From: a virus
DNA: 64,000 nucleotides
IMG/VR virus record: IMGVR_UViG_3300044957_000729
Strand: one strand, 5' to 3'
The notes beneath the pieces are model-generated. The model saw nothing but the letters and a program-made list of their open reading frames with translations, made no database searches and was not told where the DNA came from. This document shows positions 10,068-17,694 of this stretch, in pieces. Each line of letters starts with the position of its first letter. The stretch's first letter is position 1. Both the position numbers and the translations under genes were made by a program.

Positions 10068-10915
10068 TTAATAGAATAATAGTAAGTTCTGATGATTCAG
10101 ATTTTCTAAATTTCTGGCCAGTTGTTTCTCAAGCGTGGAAAAAGTTCTTTCCCGAGGCTAAAATAACATTAGCTTTTGTTACGGATAGAGATAACGTAGA
10201 TTTTTTGAATAAATTAGAGTCCTTTGGTGATGTTTATTTATTTCCGAGAGATAAATCCGTTCCATCTGCAAACCAAGCTAAAATATGCAGGCACATTTTA
10301 GCATGTCTATTTTATGATGAAGTCTCTATGATAGAAGATATAGATACTGTTCCTATGCAGAGGAAGTTTATTGAGAAAATAGCATATGAATATGAAGATG
10401 GAAAAATACTTTTTGTTGGTAAAGAAGTTTATAATAATACACCCGACGAGGGAAAAATTCCAATTAGTAACATGACTGGTAGAGGATCAGATTTCTCTGT
10501 TATTTTTGACCCTAATTCTATCATTAGAAAAAGCATAGAAGGTAAAAGATTTACTGAAGATATATTTAAAATTTGGGATGAATGGAAATTGCTGAACGTT
10601 TTCGACCAAAAAGAATCAATTTTAAATACCCCGGATCCTTTAGGAATAAGAGGATTTTCTGATGAATCGATGATTAGAGCATTAATAGAGAAAACATCAT
10701 CACATAGTATTACCAAAAAAATAAACAGATCCGTTGATATAAGAGATAAATGGATTGACAGATCCTGGTGGAGTATAGACGAAGTAAAAATGAAAAATGA
10801 GCACTACGTTCTATGTAATTTTTTAAGACCTTTTAGATCTAATTATATTATGTGTAAACCGGTTATAGATTTTATATTTGAAAAAAATATGGAATCTTAC
10901 CCTTTCCTTATCTAG
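10064..10915 (+). CDS. putative GT-A-like glycosyltransferase (paralog of 678..1415)
   Basis: IVSSD..FLNFWP..AW, IEDIDTVP, SDE, IDRS.W shared with the 678 ORF. Confidence 0.5.
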   Translation: MINRIIVSSDDSDFLNFWPVVSQAWKKFFPEAKITLAFVTDRDNVDFLNKLESFGDVYLFPRDKSVPSANQAKICRHILACLFYDEVSMIEDIDTVPMQRKFIEKIAYEYEDGKILFVGKEVYNNTPDEGKIPISNMTGRGSDFSVIFDPNSIIRKSIEGKRFTEDIFKIWDEWKLLNVFDQKESILNTPDPLGIRGFSDESMIRALIEKTSSHSITKKINRSVDIRDKWIDRSWWSIDEVKMKNEHYVLCNFLRPFRSNYIMCKPVIDFIFEKNMESYPFLI

Positions 10916-10943
10916 AAACTATTTTTTAATTTTTTTGTATAAT
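10915..10943 (+). promoter_or_regulatory. putative promoter GAAACT-N17-TATAAT upstream of fcl
   Basis: same motif and spacing at five gene starts in the window. Confidence 0.6.
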
Positions 10944-10956
10944 TTTAAAATCGATA

Positions 10957-11883
10957 ATGAAAGTTTGCGTATTAGGATCTAGTGGATTAGTTGGATCCAA
11001 TCTATACAAAAAATATTTAGAGAAATATCCAGAGGATAGCATCTTAGCTCCTAAGAGATATAATTTGAATTTAACTTCTTGGAAGGATACCATAGATTAC
11101 TTTTTAACACATAAGCCTGACGTTGTTTTTCTTTGTGCTGCCAAAGTTGGTGGTATAAAAGCAAATAATGATAATAAAGCTAGTTTTATAACTACTAACC
11201 TAAAGATACAAACAAATGTTATTGAATCTTGTCATTTGTCGGGTGTTAAAAAATTAGTTTTTCTTGGATCTTCTTGCATATACCCTAAAAATTGTCCGCA
11301 GCCTATAAAGGAAGAATATCTTTTAACTGGACCTTTAGAAGAAACTAATGATGCTTATGCTATAGCAAAGATAGCTGGTATTAAGATGTGTCAATCGTAT
11401 AGACAGCAGTACGGCACAGATTATATCTCTGTTATGCCTTGTAATCTTTATGGGCCAGGTGATAATTTTGATCTTAATACAAGTCACGTTCTCCCCGCTC
11501 TAATTAGAAAATTTCACGAGGCTAAAAAAAATAATCTCCCTGAGGTTGAAGTGTGGGGTACTGGAAAACCAATGAGGGAATTTTTATACGTTGAAGATTT
11601 AGCTGAAGCGCTTATTTATTTATCAGAAAATTATTCTTCGGATAAAATAATAAACGTGGGATCAGGGGAAGACATTTCTATATCAGATCTTTCTAATCTC
11701 ATAGCTAAGGTTGTTGACTATACTGGATCTATAAGATTCAATACGGATTACCCCGATGGGACTTATCGTAAAGTTATGGATGTTTCTAGAATTTTTGAAA
11801 TAGGATGGAGACCTAAACATAGCATAGAAGAGGGGATTAAAAAAACTTATGAATATTATCTATACCGATATGACCGGAAATAA
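10957..11883 (+). CDS. fcl: GDP-L-fucose synthase
   Basis: GSSGLVG, AAKVGGI.AN, LGSSCIYPK, YAIAK, MPCNLYGPGDNF, SHVLPAL, WGTG.P.REF. Confidence 0.95.
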   Translation: MKVCVLGSSGLVGSNLYKKYLEKYPEDSILAPKRYNLNLTSWKDTIDYFLTHKPDVVFLCAAKVGGIKANNDNKASFITTNLKIQTNVIESCHLSGVKKLVFLGSSCIYPKNCPQPIKEEYLLTGPLEETNDAYAIAKIAGIKMCQSYRQQYGTDYISVMPCNLYGPGDNFDLNTSHVLPALIRKFHEAKKNNLPEVEVWGTGKPMREFLYVEDLAEALIYLSENYSSDKIINVGSGEDISISDLSNLIAKVVDYTGSIRFNTDYPDGTYRKVMDVSRIFEIGWRPKHSIEEGIKKTYEYYLYRYDRK

Positions 11884-12109
11884 TAATTTAATAGATATAA
11901 AAAAATAAGGGAATTTGCTTTTGTACGGAATCTTTTAATATTGATGATCTATTAATAATACAAAATAAATTTTATGAAATAGGAATAAAATCTTCTATAC
12001 ATAAAAATAAAAGGATATATCTGGACAAAAAAATAAAATAATTTTTTATAAAATAATTGAAGACGGAAAAATAAAAATACAGGATGAGTACAAATATAAA
12101 TTCTTATAG
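11870..12109 (+). pseudogene. degenerate LAGLIDADG homing endonuclease fragment
   Basis: 11901-12038 translates KNKGICFCTESFNIDDLLIIQNKFYEIGIKSSIHKNKRIYLDKK; a shift in an A7 run continues to ...EYKYKFL*; resembles the C-terminal domain of the LAGLIDADG_2 family. Confidence 0.55.
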
Positions 12110-13130
12110 CGGAAATAAAACTGCTTTAATACTAGGATTATCAGGGCAGGATGGGAGTTATCTTGCTGAACTTCTTTTAGAAAAAGGGTACGAGGTACAC
12201 GGAACAATCCGAAGATCGTCATCATTTAATACATGGAGGATAGACCATCTCAGAAAAAATCCAATGTTTAAGTGGCACTATGCTGATGTTACAGATCCTG
12301 TTTCTATTGGTAATTTGATTTCTGCAATTAATCCTGACGAGCTTTATAATTTAGCAGCACAAAGTCATGTTAAGATATCTTTTGAAATCCCTTATTATAC
12401 TGGACAAGTAGATGCTATAGGAACATTGAATGTTTTAGAAGCAATAAGAACACATTCTCCAAAAACAAAACTATACCAAGCTTCAACTTCTGAATTATAT
12501 GGTAAAGTACAAGAAATTCCACAGAAAGAAAGTACACCTTTTTATCCCCGAAGCCCTTATGGAGTTGCTAAACTATATGGATTTTGGATAATAAAAAATT
12601 ACAGGGAAGCATACAATATATTTGCTTGTAATGGAATATTATTCAACCACACTTCTCCTAGGAGAGGCGAAAACTTTGTGGAAAAAAAGATAGTCGATGG
12701 GCTGGTTGATATCAGTCTTGGAAAATCTAATATTTTAAGACTAGGAAATCTGAATTCTTCCAGAGATATAGGACATGCTAAAGAATATGTTGAAGGTATG
12801 TGGAGAATGCTACAACAAGAAACTCCTGCAGATTTTGTTCTAGCTACTGGTGTTTCCTACACGATAAGGGAGATATTAGAAATGACTGCTATTAAATTAG
12901 GGATGGAGATCGAATTCTCTGGCGAAGGAATTAATGAGATAGGGATTAGAAAAGACAATGGCAATAAAATAATAGAAATTGACAGTAAATATTTTAGACC
13001 ATCTGAGGTTGATCTATTGATAGGAGATGCTACGGAAGCTAAAAAGATATTAGGATGGGAACCAAAGTTATCTTTATCCGATATAATAGATGAAATTATA
13101 GAAGATAAAATAAAATCTTATGGACTATAA
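12084..13130 (+). CDS. gmd: GDP-mannose 4,6-dehydratase
   Basis: G.SGQDGSYLAE, YNLAAQSHV, QASTSELYG, PRSPYGVAKLY, LFNH.SPRRG, FRPSEVD. Confidence 0.95.
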   Translation: MSTNINSYSGNKTALILGLSGQDGSYLAELLLEKGYEVHGTIRRSSSFNTWRIDHLRKNPMFKWHYADVTDPVSIGNLISAINPDELYNLAAQSHVKISFEIPYYTGQVDAIGTLNVLEAIRTHSPKTKLYQASTSELYGKVQEIPQKESTPFYPRSPYGVAKLYGFWIIKNYREAYNIFACNGILFNHTSPRRGENFVEKKIVDGLVDISLGKSNILRLGNLNSSRDIGHAKEYVEGMWRMLQQETPADFVLATGVSYTIREILEMTAIKLGMEIEFSGEGINEIGIRKDNGNKIIEIDSKYFRPSEVDLLIGDATEAKKILGWEPKLSLSDIIDEIIEDKIKSYGL

Positions 13131-13698
13131 TCTGTTAATAGAAAAAGAGATAGAATATCTAAGGAATATTCCAGTTGATAGGGTAAGTGACATAGTCAAT
13201 CAAATACACTGGTCGTTATCATCAGGAAGAATAATAACTTCAGGTATGGGAAAAGCAGGTCAGATAGCACACACGTTTGCAACCACTCTTTCGTCTACTG
13301 GTACTCCTGCATTTTTTCTCCATCCCTCCGAGGCACAGCATGGGGATCTTGGTATAGTTCAGCCCGGAGATATAATTATAGTTTTTAGTAATTCAGGAAA
13401 GACTAGAGAAGTTATTGAGCTCATAGATCTTATTCATAATCTTGAATATAAAAATTACATATATGCAGTAGTTGGAACCAAAACCGAAGATATCTCTATA
13501 AAATGTGCAGACTACATTGAATTTGGTCCTGTCGAGGAAATATGCCCTATTGGACTAACCCCGACAACTTCCACTACCTGTATGTCTGTTATATCTGATC
13601 TAATCGTAGTCGGTCTGATGGATAAGAATAATTTTACTAAGAAAGAATATTCAAAACTACATCATGGGGGATATCTCGGCGACAAATCAAGAAAATAA
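13120..13698 (+). CDS. kdsD: arabinose-5-phosphate isomerase (KdsD/KpsF SIS domain, no CBS pair)
   Basis: GMGK.G, STGTPAFFLHPSEA.HGDLG, SNSG.T.E, PT.ST, H.GG.LG. Confidence 0.85.
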   Translation: MDYNLLIEKEIEYLRNIPVDRVSDIVNQIHWSLSSGRIITSGMGKAGQIAHTFATTLSSTGTPAFFLHPSEAQHGDLGIVQPGDIIIVFSNSGKTREVIELIDLIHNLEYKNYIYAVVGTKTEDISIKCADYIEFGPVEEICPIGLTPTTSTTCMSVISDLIVVGLMDKNNFTKKEYSKLHHGGYLGDKSRK

Positions 13699-14467
13699 GA
13701 TACTAATAGCAGGACCTTGTGTTATCCAAAGTTGGGACACGTGTTTTGAGATAGCAACAGAGGTTAGGAGATGTGGACTTCTCCATAATTTCCAAACAAT
13801 ATTTAAAGCAAGTTTTGATAAGGCTAATAGAACATCTACTGATGGCTTTAGAGGGATAGGTATAGATAAGGGTTTAGAAGTGCTAAGAAATATAAAAGCT
13901 CGTTTAAACATAGACATAATAACAGACGTGCACGAAACTAACCAGGTTGAAAAAGTGGCTTCTGTTGTTGATTATTTACAAATTCCTGCATTTCTATGTA
14001 GACAAACAGATCTAATAGAAGCTTGCGCTAAAACGGGTTTACCGGTTTTAATTAAGAAAGGTCAATTTCTTTCTCCTGAATCTTGTAAATTCATAGAGGA
14101 CAAATTTTATAATTTCGGTGGCAACGAGTTAATGATAGGCGAAAGAGGAAATACTTTTGGATATAATGATCTTATAGTTGATGCAACATCGATAACAAGA
14201 TTAAAAAAATCATGCGGAAGATCTAAAATAATTATGGACTGTACTCACAGTTTGCAAAGGCCTAATGGGACTAACGGGAAAACTGAAGGAAGAGGTGAAA
14301 TGATAGAGGACATGGTTAAGTTTGCTTCTGTTATGAATGCTGATGGATTATTTATAGAAACTCATCCCTATCCTAATCTTTCTCCTTCTGATTCGGAAAA
14401 TATGCTAGAACTTAATAAATTAGAGGGAATAATTAAAAAATCTAGATTAATATATGACACCCACTAA
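13664..14467 (+). CDS. kdsA: KDO-8-phosphate synthase
   Basis: IAGPCVI, KASFDKANRTS, QIPAFLCRQTDL, KKGQF, ERG, D.THS.Q, FIETHP; exact start uncertain. Confidence 0.92.
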   Translation: MGDISATNQENKILIAGPCVIQSWDTCFEIATEVRRCGLLHNFQTIFKASFDKANRTSTDGFRGIGIDKGLEVLRNIKARLNIDIITDVHETNQVEKVASVVDYLQIPAFLCRQTDLIEACAKTGLPVLIKKGQFLSPESCKFIEDKFYNFGGNELMIGERGNTFGYNDLIVDATSITRLKKSCGRSKIIMDCTHSLQRPNGTNGKTEGRGEMIEDMVKFASVMNADGLFIETHPYPNLSPSDSENMLELNKLEGIIKKSRLIYDTH

Positions 14468-15164
14468 ATTACTAGATATCGTTGTAATTAGCTATGCTAA
14501 GGACGATTATTGTAAAAATCTTACTAGAAGTTGTATAGCATCTATACTAAACTCAGAGAGCAATGCTATTAAAGATTTTAATATCATAGTGGTAGAATCT
14601 GAACCTGGTGTTAAATGGGAGGATTTAGCTGAAAATGTAAAAACATATGAAGCTCCTCTCCCTTATGGATATCACAAATTTTTAAATTTCGGTAGGAAGC
14701 AAGGAAATTCACCGTGGGTTGCTCTATGTAATAATGACCTGGAGTTTACTAAAGGATGGTTTACCAATATCATTAATGCTTCTAAAAATGTTCCTAGTGC
14801 AGTGTCTTTTTCTCCCATTTGCCCTAAAACCCAGACTCTTTATGGAATATATGAAAATACTGGATTAATCGAGGGATATGAAATAAGAAAGCATATATCA
14901 GGATGGTGTATAGTACATAAAAGGGAAATATACGATGCTATAGGAGATCTTGATGAAAGATTTCACCATTGGTTCTGCGATAATGATTACTCAATGGAAT
15001 TAATGAAAAATAGGATTAGACACCTACTAGTAACAAATTCAGTTGTTGTGCATCACGATAAAAACATAGGTAAGACAACAGAAAGAGTTGTAAGGGATTA
15101 CGATTTAATGTATAAAATGACTAGCGGATCTTACCCTGTATTTAAGGAAAAATGGAACTTATAA
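14454..15164 (+). CDS. GT2-family glycosyltransferase
   Basis: VVES, LNFG, LCNND, IG.LDERF..WFCDND, V.H motifs. Confidence 0.8.
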   Translation: MTPTKLLDIVVISYAKDDYCKNLTRSCIASILNSESNAIKDFNIIVVESEPGVKWEDLAENVKTYEAPLPYGYHKFLNFGRKQGNSPWVALCNNDLEFTKGWFTNIINASKNVPSAVSFSPICPKTQTLYGIYENTGLIEGYEIRKHISGWCIVHKREIYDAIGDLDERFHHWFCDNDYSMELMKNRIRHLLVTNSVVVHHDKNIGKTTERVVRDYDLMYKMTSGSYPVFKEKWNL

Positions 15165-15174
15165 AAATATAGAT

Positions 15175-15795
15175 ATGACTAGATATGACATAATAAACAG
15201 GATTATTAAAAACAGAGGATATAAAAATTATCTTGAGATTGGTGTGAAAGATGGTGCATGCTTTAAGGAGATTTGCTGTGAAAATAAAACGGGAGTAGAT
15301 CCTGCTCCAATTTCCACAGACACTACCCACATAATGACATCAGATTCTTTTTTCAATTCTCTAGAGCCGGATCAAAAATTTGATATTATCTTTATTGATG
15401 GTTTACATTTGGAATATCAGGTAGATAGGGACATTGAAAACTCTTTAAATTATCTATCTGAAGGGGGAACTATTGTTTTACATGACTGTAATCCACCAAC
15501 TAAATCTCATGCGGAAGAGGGACCAGTTTTTACTGCGCCTGCAAATGGGAATTGGAACGGAACGGTATATCTTTCTTTAGTAAAATTGAGACTTTACAGG
15601 AACGATCTAAAATTGGTAACTGTTGACACTGACTGGGGAGTAGGAATATTAACTAGAGACGCTAGTGAAACACTTGATGTATTTCCTAGCGAGGCTACAA
15701 CCTGGGATTTTTTTACACGAAACAGACATATCGTATTAGATTTAATATCTCCTGAGGAATTTGAAGAAAATTATCCCGTTGATGAAACAGAATAG
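15175..15795 (+). CDS. class I SAM methyltransferase (Methyltransf_24-like)
   Basis: YLEIGV, GVDP, FDIIFIDGLH, GG.IVLHD, DWGVG. Confidence 0.85.
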   Translation: MTRYDIINRIIKNRGYKNYLEIGVKDGACFKEICCENKTGVDPAPISTDTTHIMTSDSFFNSLEPDQKFDIIFIDGLHLEYQVDRDIENSLNYLSEGGTIVLHDCNPPTKSHAEEGPVFTAPANGNWNGTVYLSLVKLRLYRNDLKLVTVDTDWGVGILTRDASETLDVFPSEATTWDFFTRNRHIVLDLISPEEFEENYPVDETE

Positions 15796-15798
15796 TTG

Positions 15799-15827
15799 GA
15801 AATTATTTATGAAATAAATCGTATAAA
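15799..15827 (+). promoter_or_regulatory. putative promoter GAAATT-N17-TATAAA
   Basis: matches recurrent motif; implies real start at ATG 15835. Confidence 0.55.
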
Positions 15828-15834
15828 ATGTAGT

Positions 15835-16095
15835 ATGAATCTAGAGGATGGTTTTAAGATAGTTATTTCTAGAGAGAAAGGTAAATCTTATATAGAAATA
15901 ACTAGACACAAGGATTCCTATATGAGAAATATACTTATAATAAATAGCTTTGGTAGTAAAAGATATGAAGGGACTTGGATAATAGAAAAAGATTTAGATG
16001 TCTGGATTTCTGCTTTAGCAAGGGAGGGATTTACAAAGATAAAAAATATAGAAGATGTGGAATCTCCTAAAAAAAGTACTAAAAAGAAAAAATAA
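15835..16095 (+). CDS. hypothetical protein
   Basis: ORF; ATG 7 nt after putative -10 element. Confidence 0.6.
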   Translation: MNLEDGFKIVISREKGKSYIEITRHKDSYMRNILIINSFGSKRYEGTWIIEKDLDVWISALAREGFTKIKNIEDVESPKKSTKKKK

Positions 16096-16099
16096 TAAT

Positions 16100-16681
16100 A
16101 TGGAAAACATAGAAGAGATAGATGTTGAGTTTCTTGACAGAGAGCTTAAACCTTTTCTTTATAAATGGACTAAAGGAGATAATTCCGGTACTGTTTGTGA
16201 ATACGAGAGAATATTTAAAGATACAACAACGGGAATAATATGGATAAACTTTAAGGGAGGCACAAGAATAAATTATGCACTGATAAATGAATATATGATG
16301 CAGATAGATTCTTCTTCTATAGTTCATAATGAGCCATTAGTACAAAATAGTAATCTTCCTGTTAAAAACGTGATGCTTTCAGAAGCTAAGGCTAAAGTTT
16401 CAGATTTAGAAAATCCTATAGTTTCTCTTTTACAAAAGCAAAAACCCAACTGGGTAGGGGTTGGGATTAATCTTAAGTTAAATCTTCCTACAAAAAATCT
16501 CTATAATGTTCTAACATCATCTTTCGATGATGCAGAAGAGGAAATTATAGAATTTGTTGTTAGGGATTTAGATATTGAAATAATAAAAGAGAGCCTGAGG
16601 ATAAATATAAAGGATATATATAAATCAAATGGAACTTTACGAAAAAGCGGAACAATTAGTAATACAAAAAACGAGGAATAG
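16100..16681 (+). CDS. hypothetical protein
   Basis: ORF, ATG at 16100 just after upstream stop. Confidence 0.65.
   Translation: MENIEEIDVEFLDRELKPFLYKWTKGDNSGTVCEYERIFKDTTTGIIWINFKGGTRINYALINEYMMQIDSSSIVHNEPLVQNSNLPVKNVMLSEAKAKVSDLENPIVSLLQKQKPNWVGVGINLKLNLPTKNLYNVLTSSFDDAEEEIIEFVVRDLDIEIIKESLRINIKDIYKSNGTLRKSGTISNTKNEE
16613..16620 (+). promoter_or_regulatory. putative late-type promoter GATATATA
   Basis: AAGGATATATATAAATCAAATGG nearly identical to the context at 59732-59750. Confidence 0.5.
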
Positions 16682-17192
16682 AGAGGTCGTAGAAATAGAT
16701 GGCCATGTATTTATTAGACAGATAAATCCCGGGGTTATTATAATGCCCTACACTTTAAATGAGGAGGGATTTCCATCTAAAATAGGAATCATATCTGAAG
16801 TATTGGATCAACGTCCCGGAGGAATGGCAAAAACTCTAATAACCGGTTCACAAGATGATAAGGATTCTAACATATACCAAACAGCTGTTAGAGAAATGGA
16901 GGAGGAATCGGGATTCCTAGTCGAGGATCTTAAAAGATGGCAGTTCTTAGGGAGTTTATATACATCAAAAATGGTAATTAATTCTAATCCATGTTTTGCT
17001 GTGAATATTACCGGATTAGTTTCAGGAGAAAAAAAGACAGATGGCTCTAAAGCGGAGAAAGACACTAAGTTTGAACTTGTATCTATAGATGAGGCTCTAA
17101 ATTTAGGGGATTCTTTAGTTAGTACACTATTCATAAAAACATTCAAAGATATTTTTAGCACTAAAGAGGAAAAAGATGAATCTACCAAATAG
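16629..17192 (+). CDS. NUDIX hydrolase
   Basis: Nudix box G.....D......A.REM.EESG. Confidence 0.8.
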   Translation: MELYEKAEQLVIQKTRNREVVEIDGHVFIRQINPGVIIMPYTLNEEGFPSKIGIISEVLDQRPGGMAKTLITGSQDDKDSNIYQTAVREMEEESGFLVEDLKRWQFLGSLYTSKMVINSNPCFAVNITGLVSGEKKTDGSKAEKDTKFELVSIDEALNLGDSLVSTLFIKTFKDIFSTKEEKDESTK

Positions 17193-17349
17193 AAAAGAGA
17201 GAAGGAAAGCAGCAAAAGAGATGGGACTTCTGGGCAAGAAAAAAGAAGTTAGTGAGGATGCTAAAGAAAGAGCTAAAGTGATGGGTAATCTAATTAGACT
17301 CAGAAATTTGACCGAGCAAAGAAATAGAAAAAAAATAACTGATTTATAG
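17176..17349 (+). CDS. small basic hypothetical protein (57 aa), not in ORF track
   Basis: MNLPNRKERRKAAKEMGLLGKKK...; fills the gap exactly, stop TAG overlaps next GTG start. Confidence 0.65.
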   Translation: MNLPNRKERRKAAKEMGLLGKKKEVSEDAKERAKVMGNLIRLRNLTEQRNRKKITDL

Positions 17350-17675
17350 TGTCCAATAAATCTTTTATAATTCCTAAAGCAGACAAGTTAAAGTCCTTCA
17401 ATCAGGATTCTTGTGAAAATTTCCACGTGATAGATGTTAATCTGTGGTTCAAGAATAACAATCTTACCCCTTCATCTATGAATGAAATAAGACAGTACAT
17501 TTTTGAAGAATGGTTACACAAGAAAATAACTAGTTCCAAACCTAAGATCTCTACTGGATCAAAACTTGTTATAATTTATGATAGTCCTACGGATCATTTT
17601 ATGGATCTTTTAAAACATAAAATCTTAGAAATTTTAGATTACGATTTTTGTGATATTATTTTAATGGACGAATAA
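17349..17675 (+). CDS. hypothetical protein
   Basis: ORF with GTG start coupled to upstream stop. Confidence 0.6.
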   Translation: MSNKSFIIPKADKLKSFNQDSCENFHVIDVNLWFKNNNLTPSSMNEIRQYIFEEWLHKKITSSKPKISTGSKLVIIYDSPTDHFMDLLKHKILEILDYDFCDIILMDE

Positions 17676-17682
17676 AAGCTCG

Positions 17683-17690
17683 GGTATATA
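17683..17690 (+). promoter_or_regulatory. putative late-type promoter (GGTATATA variant)
   Basis: 4 nt upstream of first structural gene ATG. Confidence 0.45.
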
Positions 17691-17694
17691 CTAT

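Noticed and set aside
12007-12036. KGYIW (NUMOD1-like) peptide in another frame of the fcl-gmd gap
   Set aside because: It is very short and bounded by stops; the LAGLIDADG-like reading explains far more of the region.
58-15795. Bacterial chromosomal O-antigen or capsule locus
   Set aside because: No flippase, polymerase, exporter or initiating transferase is visible; it is contiguous with phage genes and shares their promoter motif and composition.
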